Assembly: GCF_964204645.1 (NCBI RefSeq)
Contig: NC_134034.1
Coordinates: 4,562,914 to 4,626,913 of the forward strand
Source: Tubulanus polymorphus
Taxonomy: Eukaryota; Animalia; Nemertea
DNA: 64,000 nucleotides
Reading direction: 5' to 3'
This document shows, piece after piece, positions 1-14,300 of this stretch. Below the pieces are notes generated by a model that had not been told where the DNA came from, searched no databases, and saw only the letters and a list, made by a program, of their open reading frames with translations. The translations under genes and the position numbers were made by a program. How positions within the stretch are numbered: position 1 is the first letter of the stretch; every line of letters begins with the position of its first letter.

Positions 1-1300
1 ATGGGGGATGATACGGAAATGAGAAATGTCACGATACAGCTATTTGTTAGGTATGCTGAAATGGCCATTCAGGGGATTGGTTTTTTAGAAGTAAAGGGTT
101 GCTCATTGCGTAATACAATAAGTATGATAAGTATTATTCGGTAGATTGGGTATCTTAACTGAATGGTCGTAGATTGCAGGGATGTGTGAGCGCTATGTTT
201 TTTTCCGAACTTTCAGTCCGTCTTGACCGGTTTATATACAGGATGATGCGTCGGCCGTTTTACATGTGGGGTTATATCCCCTGATTTGCGGGAAGGAATT
301 AGAACAATTCGAATATCAGATGTGGGTGGTTTGGAAGACCATAGGCCCAGGAGTTAAAGTTAATTTTTGAGAATCGGCTGTTTGAATGGCACTGAATGAG
401 TAGTGTCCAGAGGAATTTTCCCTAACTTTTGGGTGATGCATCTTAATGAGTTTTGTGGTCACTTTATGACATCCTTCCATAAATATATGGCGGCCTGCCT
501 GTCTATTTCAACGGTTCCAAGCCGCAAATAGCAGTTCATGTTATCCCTGCCTAGACTACGGATAAATGTGCTTTCTGAGGCAATGGGTGGGGACTAGCAG
601 CTGACATCTCGGCGATTCGGATGTATCTGATCAGTATATCCATTTTTGCATAAATTTCGGCTCATCTTTATAAAATGCACTTAGAATTATTATGAAATTA
701 TTCATTAATTGTTGAAGCTGTCTGTTGCCAACATGTGCTGGGCACACGATAATCAACTAAATGATGTATCTGGCATCTGTATTAATTTACGTCGTTGTTT
801 GGGGTCGGGACAGGTTTGACAAATCATCTGATATCGGTTAAGGTAACGGCTGATAGTTTGGACAGTGGGAAATTGACATGTTTGCAATGGTAATTTTAAA
901 GACAAATTAGGCTGCACACACTGATTATTTTTTTTGGTAAAGATAACGAGAACGAGAAGAGTCAGAAAGTTGAAGTGGTTGGTCATATATTGTTAAATTA
1001 TTAGACTACATAAATGTGGATATAGAGAAATGGGTGATTGTCTATGAAAGCTATTTGGGAAGTTGTGTTTGATATGTTTTTTTTGCATGACTACAATTGT
1101 ATAGGCTTGTTCTCATTAAATGTAAGATCAATATACAGATGTACATGCCTCATAATTGTTATATATTACTGATGAAAAGAGTCTCATATTTGATATTTGT
1201 AGATGATTGCTTTCCCTTAGATAAAGTTCGTGTGTTAAGTTTATAAGTATTTAGAAACTTTTTTGGCTTACCGTAAAATTCTATGGGGTCCATGTAGGTC
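1..1300 (-). pseudogene. Highly degraded non-LTR retrotransposon ORF2 (endonuclease/RT-linker region), tentative
   Basis: No long ORF. Minus-strand fragments loosely resemble APE endonuclease and pre-RT motifs (a PGP-like motif near 340-352). Confidence 0.25.
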
Positions 1301-2084
1301 TCGTTGATGAATAAGATGAACTGATGATGAGTGGGGTGTGTTGCTTAGTTTAGGTAGAAGTTTGATGTAGGATTGGATAATAGGGGAAAGGGTCAGAAAT
1401 TGTGATCTATGTCTACTTTACAGGTGTTGTAAATTGATGTACGGAATGGTGGTTGTGTATCATTAGTCTTGATGTTCTGAAGGTTTTGTGTAATTTTCAT
1501 TACCCTGCGGCTGGCTTTAAGTTGTTAGAGATGTTGCTTATGAATGATGTTCTGAAGCCTGTACACTTTTGAAAAGATTTTTTTTGGGAAACTACAATAG
1601 GGTCTTGTGAATTTTTGGCGATTGGGGACCAATCGTCTGGGGAGGAGGATAGTATTGGGGTGATAAATTTGTAGTTTGCATAGAGGGAGGGAAGCCAGAG
1701 TTCAGGGCAGTGGCTGAAGTTAGTAAACAACCTACGTTGATGCTTACGTCGCACACAAGACACTGAATAGAAGATAGGTGAAAGTGACGTGAGTATCTGC
1801 GTAGGGTTGCTGGTTATAGCGGCAGCCTTGAGCTCTGGTATGGCTAGGAAGTAAACAAGTAATAAACTCGTGACGTATAACATATGTAGAAGTATACGTC
1901 ACGAGTAACATGAAATAAGATAAAAAGGGAGGGTCAGCACAGTAAGGGGGAGAGAGATGCTAGAGTGGCGGAGAAGCCTAAAAATACGAGCTGTAGGAAG
2001 GAATAAGAATTGTGCGGGAAAATAAAGAAAGAACGTAGACCCACGAGAAGAGTTGTTATTATTCCGGAGTCAGAGGGATATCAC

Positions 2085-5000
2085 TTATCGGATTAATCGG
2101 AACCAACAACGACAACACGAGGGGAGAACGCAACGTGGCCCCCACAACAATTGGTTGAGAAACTCAACTCCACAACATTGTTGGAGAACCGAAAGCAACC
2201 CCACAACAATCCCACCGGTAGACCCAAGATCGTTCTTACATATGCTGTTCGGGTATTGTTTCCGGCGACATTCATCGGAACAATACCAGTCTTCGACTAA
2301 GTCATCCGCATCAAGATCCATGCACGTTAAATGGAATGTTTTGCAAAATGTATTTGTACAGTCAACTGTCGGTTCCTCGTCTCCTAAATCTGAAACCAAA
2401 GGAAAAGTGAGAATTGAAACCCATAATTGAGGATTTTGTATTGCAGTTAGATTTAAATTTACCTTCATTACATATACAGAACGAATCTTCTACTTCATCT
2501 TTGAAGATTCTATGAACATTGGCCTCATTTAAATCTTCTGGCCATACGAAATCGACAATTTCGCCAGCGAATCGGCGCAGGAAATTTCGTCGGTCTAACG
2601 TGGTGTAGCATCGATCGTATCCATCGCAAGTAGGTGTAGCGCTAAAAGAACGACGAAGGAATGCCTTGCGAACCGAAGAAATTTCGACGTGATGTGGGCT
2701 AGAGGTTCGGCGACACTCGAACCCTTGAAAAATTCGTTCATTACGTCCTAAAAAGAAATATAATTTGGCGATGAACAAAATACTTAATATTGCGTAGGTA
2801 TTAATTTGAATTATTTTACACACCTGCATCAGGAGCATTCTTTTGTGGAATTCCTGTGGGGCCGGCTCCAATCCCTCCAAACGATTCCATTGATCATTCG
2901 AATTGAACCACGCGTTGTGTGCGTCATTATGTCGCTCGCACGACAAGCCAACACCCCAACGCAGAATGGTGGCTGGTGATCCATCCTGTAATTTTGGAAT
3001 ATACTGTTGCAGGTTTTCCAAGATTTTTATCACACCAGCTATCGAAGACTCTTGGAAAACACCTAGATTTGTCTGGAAGCAAAATTGAAGAAATTGAGAA
3101 AAAAATGAAATACGATGGTGAAAAATTCTGAAAATCCAAACTTACCACATTTTATTTCAGTGAAGTCTCATCGAATCGATCATTGGTTATATGTTTGATG
3201 ACGAAATCACCGCAGTTTTGTCTGAAGAAGGGGATGCACTTGCACAAAATGCGTTGAACAATCACACCCATACGGAATTTTTCGCTTCGGAAGCAATCAT
3301 CGTCCGGTAAGAAAATCACCGTTTTCATGTCGGTCGCTTTCTTCCGTTCTCCGTTGCTGATCACGTTCATGGTATTAATACGATTCGTGCATAGGTACGA
3401 CAGGGCCCATAATTGGAGTTTGTTTCTCTTTTCGGAGTTATTGTGTCGTGTTACCTGTCTTAACCGAACGTTGTCCCAACAAATTGTCGATGTACCTGTA
3501 GCTACAAGAAAGTAATTATATAATTACAGTTAACGGTTGATATCACTGGTAGATTTTAATAATATGAAACGTGGCATATGCTGTTTATACATTGAACTCA
3601 TTTTACTTACGCGAATCGTTTGTTGACTCAATCAACGAAGAACTGCTATCACTATCTACACTTTCATCAGCATCGGTTTCGGATTCTTCCGGAGTCGGCG
3701 AATGCGATTCTTCGTTTGAACTATTGGAAGACGTTTAAGTGTTTGACTCGGCATCATCCGATGTGGCCAGTTCGTGTCAACTATAAATACAATATAGAAT
3801 TGACATCGTATGTCGAAAATGGATGAAAACTGGCACTACTGATTTTCTTTCGAATGTGTACACTCACCCTTTAAAGATTCTTGGCGAGGGGCTTGCGGTT
3901 TCGTCAAAAAATCTTCCGAGTTCCTTCTTTATCTCGTTCGAATTTGGGACGTGCGACTCTTGCAAAACATCAATCATCAATCTAGTCTGTTGGTGGCCTA
4001 AAAACAAACCAACGAAGCTGAACATTCTGAAAAGCTGAATAAAGGTCCAATAGCCTTGTGGCTCACCATTAAATCATTGAGTGCATATATAATGTCAAAA
4101 TATTATACTAAATATGAATTAATTTGGATTAGAGATGTATGAGGCTGACAATATATGCGCCTGCGGAGTGCTGTGTGTACTATAGTAGCCTATATATAGA
4201 CTCGCTCAGGTGATTCGCACACAGCCATACTGTAACCTATATTCGCACACACGCGGCTGACTGCTGACGCGCGTATATACAAATGTACTAGCGACGCAGT
4301 ACGGTAACGCAGTAATAGATTGACCGCAATTTCACAAGTCAGAATCCATCCATCGACAAAATGTCAAAAAATACAAACATATACAGACTTTTTTTCTACT
4401 AAACAAATACCGGCTATGATTTTTTTCTTAAATATACAAATAAATACCGACTTGGAAGACCCCTGCCATTGATCGTCGAACTTGCTAGTTCAGATACTGA
4501 ATTAAATAGCCTACTCGCTTATGTTCGTGACAACGAACAAATTATAAGCAAACGTACGATGGGCTTTCCCAATTACATCAGAAACGCCGAAATTCCCGGA
4601 ATTTCCCGTATATCCCACAAACAGCCAATCACATTCATTGTAGCTCAGGTTACAAGGTCAACTCAAATAAATAGAAGCGAGGAAATTTTGGGGGTTTATA
4701 AAGTGAGGGCCTGTAGGTCGAAAAGTACATTGAGATCAGTCGAACTAAAAACGGCGACACTTCTAAGAAGGATTGAACTTTTATATATTTCAATTCCAAG
4801 CATGCAAATTGTCATATGTAAAAACGTGCTATACTTAGTGCTAAAAAGCGGGGTTTTTGCGTGTTTTTCAAGAATAAGTCCCCTAAAAATAACTCGATCA
4901 CTATGAATTTTTTGTGGGCTCGAGAACTCATTAAGCCAAACCATGACACCAAAAATCAACACTATTGGTTCAACAGCCAATGTTTCTGCCTTGTTGACAC

Positions 5001-5600
5001 ACCGGTACTCTATTCATTTCCAATGAAAACTGCTTCATCAGACCGTTGGCATAGGCAAACCTACGGTTCGCCAAAAAGTAATACCGATTAGCAATGTAAG
5101 AGAAATACTAAATGAAATTCGTTATTATGTATAAATGGTGAATTACTTTTTGTGAGCAGCCTGCTCTCCACATTTGGGCAGAATTGCACTCCTGAATGAA
5201 CTTAAACATCCGTGGATGTCGAGTATTAAGAAGTGTAGCCAATGCCATTCCGATCGCTGGAAATACATGCCTGTTTTTGAGGCTACGACTGAAATAAAAA
5301 CATATCAATATTTATCAGACTCAACGCTGGTTTTGCTCTAAACACGTGTTTTTATGATTTTGATAGCTTACCTTAAAACAGAATCGTTGAGAGGTCTCTG
5401 TAGGGAGACATATTTCAGACACGCATAAAGTGTCGGAGCTTTGGTTTTAATGCAGTCTAATGTGTTGGTCAAAGAAAACGAATTTATGTCTTCAATGGTT
5501 GGCAGGTTTTTTGCCAAATGAAAATCCTCTTCTTCTTTCAGACGTCTCACCTCTGCCGCTATATTTTTCGTCACAACGTTTGTCATCGCTTTTTTCGCCG
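2085..5600 (-). mobile_element. Decayed, intron-containing Academ-like (DUF6589-type) DNA transposase with C-terminal PHD finger
   Basis: Minus-strand exon-like segments: FSLTNTLDCIKTKAPTL (5368-5586); LATLLNTRHPRMFKFIQ (5108-5308); CWDNVRLRQVTRH...LWALSYLCTNRIN (about 3370-3500); GVGLSCER..AHNAWFNSNDQWNRLEGLEPAPQEFHKRM (2820-3033); PHD-like CTNTFCKTFHLTC...WYCSDEC (2270-2370). Segments are separated by AT-rich gaps with splice-like ends. Termini not found. Confidence 0.55.
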
Positions 5601-6901
5601 CACTCGATCATTTGAATATGAATCTAAAGCCGTGTTTGTATCGGCTGTCTGCGATATATTTAGAAGCTTGATGAGAGGCTTTGATATTTGAAACCTACAA
5701 AATAAAAATTTAGAAAAAATTATATACAAACTTATGTATTAGACTAAATTCGTTTTCATTCGGACGATTTTTTGAACAAGGAAATCAATTGTCAACATTA
5801 AATCTTTGTAGACATTTTAAATAGATTACATAAGTGGGTCATTCTCCGCTAAATGAAAAAACACGTGTCCCTGGACATTTAAGGTAAGAATAAAAATTGT
5901 GAATGGATTTTTAATATTTTTTCAGCTGTGTATGATCATTTAGATACATGCTTTTAATTCATGTACTTTTTATGACATTCATCTATGAATAAAAATATAT
6001 TTTTCAATTTAAAAAACCCATGGGTATTGATTTTAGCGTGTCCCCAACGAACCCGATCTAGTTTATTAACTATATTTAAAAAACACCAACATATTTGAAG
6101 TTCATATTTTATGGTTATATCCTAAGATTAATGATTTAGAAAACAATGAGAAAAGTCATTACCCATTACCAAAGGATTTGAACCGTTTTTTTAGAATCAG
6201 CGATCCTGCATATCTCGAAAAGGAATCGAAGAGAAAACGTGAGGCGTATGTGCCCATTGCCGAACGCTCAAATCGAGAAATCCGTCGTACGCGCCGGCAC
6301 TGGTGGAAATTAAAAGAGGTCATGGAATGTTCATCTCCGTCACGTAAATTCATCTCCGTTACGATGAACAAAAATAGATTTTCTCAAGTAATGGAAATAC
6401 TTATGTAAACAGAAATTGCATGACAAAATAAAATGAAATAAACGCATTTCAGTGTCAATGCCATGATTAATTTTTTTTTGTAAACAGACATGTGAAAATA
6501 ACTACAATATGCTTAAAACGGTTGCTTACTACAAATTACCATATTCCTTAACTTTGGCCCCAAAATACTGCACTTATGAAAATCGATATGATATTTGGAT
6601 TACACCTGAAATATTGTTTTGGTAAAATATTCATGTTTAAATGCTTCGATTACGATTAAACTAAATTTCAATTCTATTCATTCAATATCTGTATTGGACA
6701 TTTCCAATTTTCAAATGTTCATCTTACGTATTTGATATCGCAAAAATTATGACATAATTGAAATAAGTCTAGGGTTAGTTACTAGAAAATTGATACTTTT
6801 TTACGAATCGAAGAAATTAGATTTCCAATATGCTCATTGTTTATGATTTCCTTTTCAAAATCGGCTTTTTACACGCGCTTCCATATTTCAATGCACAGTC
6901 T

Positions 6902-8623
6902 TCCATCCGAGCTTGTTATGCAATTAAGGTAAAGCATTCATCAATCTTCACAGTCAAAAGTCATGAGATAAAATATGCAACACGAATACATATATTTCAT
7001 TCTAATTTCTATTTCCGCACATTTTAAGAAAAAGTCTAACGGAGATAAGAGATGTTATAAGCGTATGTTATATAAACTTGGTATGCTAGGTATAGTAAAA
7101 GTGCACCACACTAATTGTCATTCTTTATTCATTCATTCACATTCGCATTAACTGATTCAGATTCAGGTCTTCGACATAGAACACAGTGTACACGTTTGAA
7201 ATGTCAGTATTGCAGGCTTTTTGCCATTTAAACCGATTCAGGATCTGTGAACTTGAGAACTCAAGTCTCGGGCAGGTATTGGAAATAAACTTGCCTCAAA
7301 AACGACGACTTCGCCTCAAAATCATATAAACGTGGTACAGTAAGGGAACATCCCCATATTTTCTCGAGTGTAGCCACTTCGTAGGTGCTTTAGACGTACA
7401 CTGTATGTACAGAAAGTAACACTCGCTGGAAATACAACCCCATCGGAGCTTTAACTGCAGAGAGCGGGGCCATGCCAATAGTAAATGCCCCAACCTAGGA
7501 AAACCGCTAGTAACCTGGAAACCACGTTTTGCTGCTCCCACACATGCTGAAGATGCAATGTTACCTCTTCCCGCAATTAGTGCGGAAGGAGCCGATCTCA
7601 TGGAAGGGCTAGAAAACTCCACAACTCCAGGTGAAAATCTCAGCATAGCAAAGTGGTGGCCAACCGGATCAGTCATGCACCTAGAGTAGCAGCAGTTTAG
7701 GATTCAGTTGATATTTCAATCTCTCAATGAGTTCGTCGAACCGAGGTTATACCATTTTTGGGATAATAGTGGCATGTGCAAAGTTGCTCGCCACAGTAAT
7801 CCGGAACGTGATAACAAGATGCATATCTTGGCATTGGCAATCCAGGAGGAACAAAATGTGCAAACTCTCCCGAAGAGTTAAAACGGGCACAGGACATTGC
7901 GATTAAGAACTTTCTCCCTGATGCGTCTTGCTTCGAGGGAGAACGCTAGCCGCAGTGACCATGCAAAGGATACTCTATGCGCATGGCTTGTTTCAATTCC
8001 CCTTAAAAAATTCGTATGCACGCACATTCCACATTAACAACGTACGAGTCGGATGTAGCATTCCTCGGAGTAATTCAGGTAAATGTTACCTGTTATTCAT
8101 TGTTTACAATATACTTCACTATTTCATACTATGAATGTGTAAGAGAATCATAATCAATTTAACGGGTTAATTTAATTTTTCAAACCTCAAATAAGACACG
8201 CTAATAACAGCCTAATTTGGTAGCAATGAGGACTCACATTCTCATATACGAGCACGAGTATGTTATATGGGGGGAAATATAATGATATCTAAGTTTTTCA
8301 TTTAATCTCATTTAAGGAAACCCTCGCCTCGACGGAAGGAACGATTCGAATTCTCGAAGAACTGCAGCGATATATCCCGCCTTATCCTAACGGTGACCGT
8401 TCGGGATTTTGTCATGGGGTGAGCAGCTCTCGTGCGAATGGCATGATGTTGAAAAAAATGAACACCGGAAATTCGTGGAAAATACTCGAGGGATTGGGTT
8501 CTACGCCTCAGGAGTTCCCTTAACGGATGCTCCTGATGCAAGATGCAAAGAAAACTTTAGGCTCAGGCCAAGCATCGCTGAAAAAGATTAGCAGGATTAG
8601 CGGTGGGTAATTAAGGAAATTGT
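6902..8623. repeat. Dispersed repeat, copy A (related to 19950-21828 and 21827-22865)
   Basis: Near-identical sequence by direct comparison; ORFs MTDPVGHHFAMLRFSPG at 7296-7676 and 20690-20941, and MLRGRTL at 7928 and 21193. Confidence 0.9.
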
Positions 8624-8644
8624 AATATCGTAATCACCGATATA

Positions 8645-8900
8645 TTCTTATGATGCGACCCTTAAGTATATAGCTAGATTTTTATCCTTGCACAACTCAT
8701 CCACTAGATCGTCTATTATGTATAAATGTTTCTTTTCAATATCTATGTTCTCGTATATTTCTTCGGGAATCCCTCGACAAATTCTACACAATGAATTAGC
8801 TCCGGATACTAACATCGTAAAACAATGTTTAAACTTTGTCGGTCCGTCGTATTCGGTCATAACCGATTCGTATCTTGACGTTTCGATTCGTTATATTATC
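8645..8900 (-). pseudogene. Remnant of a Polinton-type A32/FtsK packaging ATPase (second lineage)
   Basis: FKHCFTMLVSG (pre-Walker A), then GIPEEIY...LYIIDDL (Walker B); internally deleted. Confidence 0.55.
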
Positions 8901-8986
8901 AGTTGCTATGATGGTATTAGATTACGCTTTTTCATTGACTTTCATTAATATCGAATATTCATGTTATTTATGTTTACTGCTAGGTA

Positions 8987-9130
8987 ATGGTTTCGTATGT
9001 CCCGAACGATAATGATTTCGTATGTCCTGAATGTATGAAGTGTTTCAGCCGTAAAGACATACTAAGATCTACTTCGTCATTTAAAATCTCATCGACGCGG
9101 AAACGAAGGGGTCAAATACACCTGTCATCT
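8987..9130 (+). pseudogene. C2H2-like zinc-finger fragment next to the ATPase remnant
   Basis: FVCPECMKCFSRKDIL; the His part is lost by a frameshift. Confidence 0.35.
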
Positions 9131-11371
9131 TTGTTTGAGGGGGATGAGTCGGTAAGATGGCCTGAAGCGTCATTATCGGATGATTCATCGCCAAAACGTG
9201 CTACAGCGGATCTCAGAAAATGCCCTCCGGCGATGTTCGTGCGGCCGATTGCCCAGATTCCATCGCGTAACGCACCGATTCCACCGCGTAACGCCTTCCC
9301 CTAGACGGATTTGCTTGAACAAGCTATGCGGGATGTCGACCGGCTATCGATTACCGACCCCACATCAGCAAAACCAACGGATCTCTTCGAAATCGATCCC
9401 GATATGATTGACGAGATTTTGAAAGCCTTTAGATGGAGACGTTTACGACGGCATTGGAGGAGCGCCGCAACCAGGCCCTTCTCGCGATCCGGGATACTCG
9501 TCGCAACCCCCGCAATCTCCTCATCCGCGGGAGGATTGCCGCAACCGGCACATTCTCGCGGTCCGTCGTTCACGTCGCGGTCTTCCCACGGGCAACAACG
9601 ACAATCGTCGGAGTATACGGTACAAAACGTCACTGTAAAGAATTGACGGTAATAACTGTGCGTTCGAGGACTCTCGCCGTTTACTAAATGATAATTGGCG
9701 ATCACTTTGGGATTATGGCAACTGAATTCTGTATAATCCCGATATATTTCGGTAATTTAACGGTATTTTAATTCGAAAAATTCCTAAATCTTTAAAACTA
9801 GAAATTTCCAATTTTTAACGGAAAATATCCGAGGGAAATTGGGAATTTTCCGGTTTTAGCCTTGTTCTAATACGGATGGCAGTGCACATGCGGGTAACAT
9901 CATGGCGGATCTTTCCAACAACACGATACCGAAATCAAGTTTGCAATACCGGTAAAAAACACTAAGCTCATGCTTGTCCTTTGCTCAAATATGTTTTCTT
10001 TCTTTAAGTAAGGGCTCTGTTTCAACGCAGAATACCTATGCCTTGGCAGTGCGTGTGCGTATTAGATCGCGTGGCCGGGTGTGTTTAGGCCTATAGAATT
10101 GAGGTATAAGTTTACCGTCATATATAAGTCATTGGCAAAATTTTTTTTAAAATCAATATCTAAGATGTAGAGTGCATTTAGTAGTTTAGATGGCAATGTT
10201 TATGTCTTGATATTTAGGGATTATTAACGGAATATAACTTCCTTGTCAGCAAAGTTATTTTGACAGGATTAGGATTAGGATTAGGATTTTATTTACACTC
10301 CAACCATTTCTATGGTACATGGAGGGAGACTTATACAAAGTATACAATATTCACAATTAGCAAAAAGTATAAACGTATTGATAAAATATAACAAAGTTTT
10401 TAACAATATATACATACACTATTTACAACATACTTATGATTGGAGGGATCTATATACATCTAAGCTCTTTTTTAATGAATTTTGCAATATGTTGATTGTA
10501 GGATTTTTTAGAATATCCAGATTGCCAAAAGAGTTCAGATTCAAAATATTTTCACGGATTTCATTCAGTAGGTTGCAGTTAAAAATAAAATGCAATTCAT
10601 CACCTAAAACATTACAAGCCAAACATAATCTCTCATTTCTATCTAACGGAAGATTTGATAATTTATTCACAGGCAAGCGATAAGACCCAATTCTAAATTC
10701 GAATAAACTTGTTACTAAATCTTCATCAAGTTCACTGAAATATCTTTCTAATTTAATATCATTTTTTATTGTCTATAATTAATGGATGTCGGGCTAGCAT
10801 CTATTGTGGAAACGGTATTTTGATGGTGTTGGTCACAAAGAATCTGTTTTATTCGCCTTGAGAAGGTCCTACTGGTAGCTAAAATTGCTGTGTCCAAATA
10901 TGAGATCGCAATCATCAAAGTATAAATAATAACCGAGGACTCTTAAGTCTATCGTTTAGATACAGATTGTAAGATATTTTGTAAAGGATTGAGTTTAGTT
11001 TCCTTTCCCGATACTTTCTTTATCCAAAAATTAATCATTCTACGTTTGACTTCATTACATAAAGGATAACGTCCTACCTCTGATAACACTTGCAAATTAC
11101 GATAATACTCTGTCACTTTTATTAAAATTGTGCAGTACAATGAGTGGAGATTCTCTAATATATCAAGATTTTCATAACCCCAAACCTCGCATCCATACAT
11201 ATTGGAGCGACACACATATCAAATAGCTTGAACATAACATCTACTAGAAGTTTCAAACGCCTACCTTTTTGAATGATCGAAAACATAGCTCTCATTGCTT
11301 TATCTTAAAGGTATTTTCTTGCTTTAGCAAAGCTACCATTCCAATTAAATTTCACTCCAATATATACATAC

Positions 11372-14300
11372 GCCTGCAATTGTTCGAGCCTCAACGTGGA
11401 GCAGGGTTGGTTAAAAGCGAAGTCAAACACGAGCCTACATATAGCGAAGTAGAGACCCAAACCAATTAACGGAATTTTGTGCTGCTTGCTTCTGTGACTA
11501 CTTAAAACTCTTAAAAGAGCCTATAACAGTAAGAACAGGATGAGTACACTCAATGAGGAGCCTCGTCCGAACCGCTTTCTGTGGAGGGACGAGCTGCTAT
11601 ACAGCCTCTGGGAAGCAACTGACACATTGTTTGCACGAGGACTGTGGAGTGGTAGAGGATGCTCAGACAAAGATATCGAGCGGGAATGGCTGAAACTACA
11701 TCCAGAGCTGACTGACAGAGCAGAACGCCGGGTCACCAATCAAGTGGAGGACGGAGATCAGGACGAACCCGCCACGTGGGCGGACGCCTAAGAACCCAAC
11801 CCCACCGGGAAGTGAGGATACAGGAGAAATCCCAGCGATCAACCAACCGGCACAGCGACGGCAAAGGAGGGAGGCCAGGAGAAATCAGGGTGCAGTCGCC
11901 GCCGTGACTACGACCACCCCAGAACTCACGGCCGATCTCCCGGGGGGCACACCGAACTCGAAGGGCGAAGCGCCGACGCACCGCTCCTAGAACCGGTGCC
12001 ACCTGTCACACTTAGCCATGAGGAAGAGGGGGATGAGGAACCCCCTCAAATCGAGTACGTAGGCGAGTTAGAGTTGGAAGGTGGTGGGGCAGCTGTGGGC
12101 CCAACGTTCAAGGAAAAGGAGTGGAGCAAGAGCCTCCAGCTCGCGTCCGAAAGTCGAAACAGGCGATCCCAAGGCCGAAAAGGCCAATTGATGGACCCGT
12201 TTAGACTGGAGTGCGCTAACGCGGCTTACGCGTCATACTGGGACCAGGTGCAGCATAGAGGTCCAGATGAGCAAAGCCTAGGAACGTACGCCACCGGGAT
12301 CTATGCACTTAAGCGCTGGAAAACCAATAGCCCGAGTCAGATCAAAACCCGAAACCTAGCAACCAGAACTCAATAGTTAACAGACCAAGTCGCAGCGCTC
12401 GGCAGGAAGTTGGGCAGAGCACCATCGCATTAAAGCAGGCACGAAGCGCACAAAAAGACAGGAGCGCAATGCGAAGGGGGTGTGCCACAAGGTTGGGGGC
12501 AAGCCCCTGACTCTGAACAGCGTCCTCCGCCTAATCGGCTCTCTCCGAGCCAAGATGAAAGTGCGCCAGCGCCAACTCACCGAGGCAAAGAGAGAACTGA
12601 CCAAAGCGGAAACCGAACTCAAGTTCGAACAGAGGGGACCCGCCATGTTTGACGACAAACTGGAACAAAACGGCAAAAATCGTCTACGGCTGAGTTCCGA
12701 GAGTTATGGAATGGTGTGAGCGGGACCGAGAGGGTCACGGACGTGAGGTCCTTGCACATCGCGAGGTGGGCCGAAATATCATCGCGACCAGTACCTGAAG
12801 ATAGCACGAATGTCCTAGGAGTCATCGACGGGTACTGGGATCGCATCCTGAGCAATTTGCCAGCCTGGAAAGCACCGGGCCCCGACAGCATCCAAAACTA
12901 ATGGTGGAAAAAGCTCCCGGCTTGCCGGGATGCCCTAAAACAAGTAGTCGAAGGTGCCCTTAGGGGCGAGCTAACAGTTGACGATGTCTTCTGTGGCGGC
13001 CGAACGGTAACGTTCCACAAAAAGGGGGACGAGGCCGATCCAGCGAACTACCGACCAATTGCCTTCCTGAACACGATGTACAAGATTACTACGGGTGTAA
13101 TGGCGAAGTAGATCACTGATCACTCAATCGCGACAGGTATTCTACCGGAAGAGCAGAGGGCACTGCGAAGGGGCTGTAGGGGGACGCTTGACTGCCTGCT
13201 GATGGACCAGTCCATACTAAAGCAGGCGGCCTGGATTGATTTCAAAAAGGCGTATGACAAGGTCCCTCATGACCTTATCAAACACGCAGTAGAAACAATC
13301 GGCGCAACTCAATGGTTAAATGAATCCCTTAGCGAGATCATGAGACACTGGAACGTTGTGTTTGAGCAAACTGGCAAGTACGGATTTGAACGCAGTGAGA
13401 GGCTACACCTGAGGCGAGGGCTTCTCCAGGGCGACGCCCTGAGTCCGATACTCTTCTGTATTGCCATCGCGCCCATTTCAACGGCGTCAGATGAGCATAC
13501 GGCGGGGTTCAAGACGAACGACGGAGCCAGGTTGACCCATTTTGCTTATATCGACGACATCAAGTTGATACAGCCCAACGAACCCGCGCTGCATGTGACG
13601 GCCAGGGTGTGCGGAGATGCTGCGGAAGCTTGTGGGATGGAACTAGGCTACGAGAAATGTGGGGAAGCCCACATGGATCGTTAGGGCGGAGTGATGACGG
13701 AGGGGCAGACAATGCGCCACTGCCAGTGTATGGAAGAGGGAGCATGTACACCTACCTGGGAGCGCCCCAGTTGCTTGAAACCTTCATGGGTGACCTGAAG
13801 ACGAAAGTCAAAGACCACCTTTGCGCCAAGGCGAAGGCAATCTGGGGATCGACGCTCAGTTCCAACCAGAAAGTTACCACGCACAATGCCGTGTGTATGG
13901 GTGCCTTGATGTACTACTGCACGATAGGGTCGTGGTACCGCACAGATGCTGATGAAATTGATAGCTCGCTGCGGAAAGTGATGAGACAGAACGGGGCACT
14001 GTCTAATCACCAGTCGATCGATAGATTATATCTACCCAGGGGAGAGGGCGGACTCGGGCTCCAGTCTGCTTGGTACGTACTGACGCAAACCGCTGTGGGT
14101 GTTGCCAAGTACGTACTACAGTCTGAGGACCCATTCGTCAGGAAACTGGCGGATGTGTTCTGCTATGTGGCTAAGTACAACAAAGACAATGACAACGTGG
14201 TCCGTGTAGCGTTAAACGAGCAGGCGATGAACGCACCATTTGATCAGAAGACACGAAGGATGCGGACATCTTGCCAACCAAGAACGACATCAAAGCCGGC

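Noticed and set aside
10265-10290. Interstitial telomeric repeat (TTAGGA)n
   Set aside because: Only about four units, directly after the AATAAA of the minus-strand LINE; it is the LINE tail.
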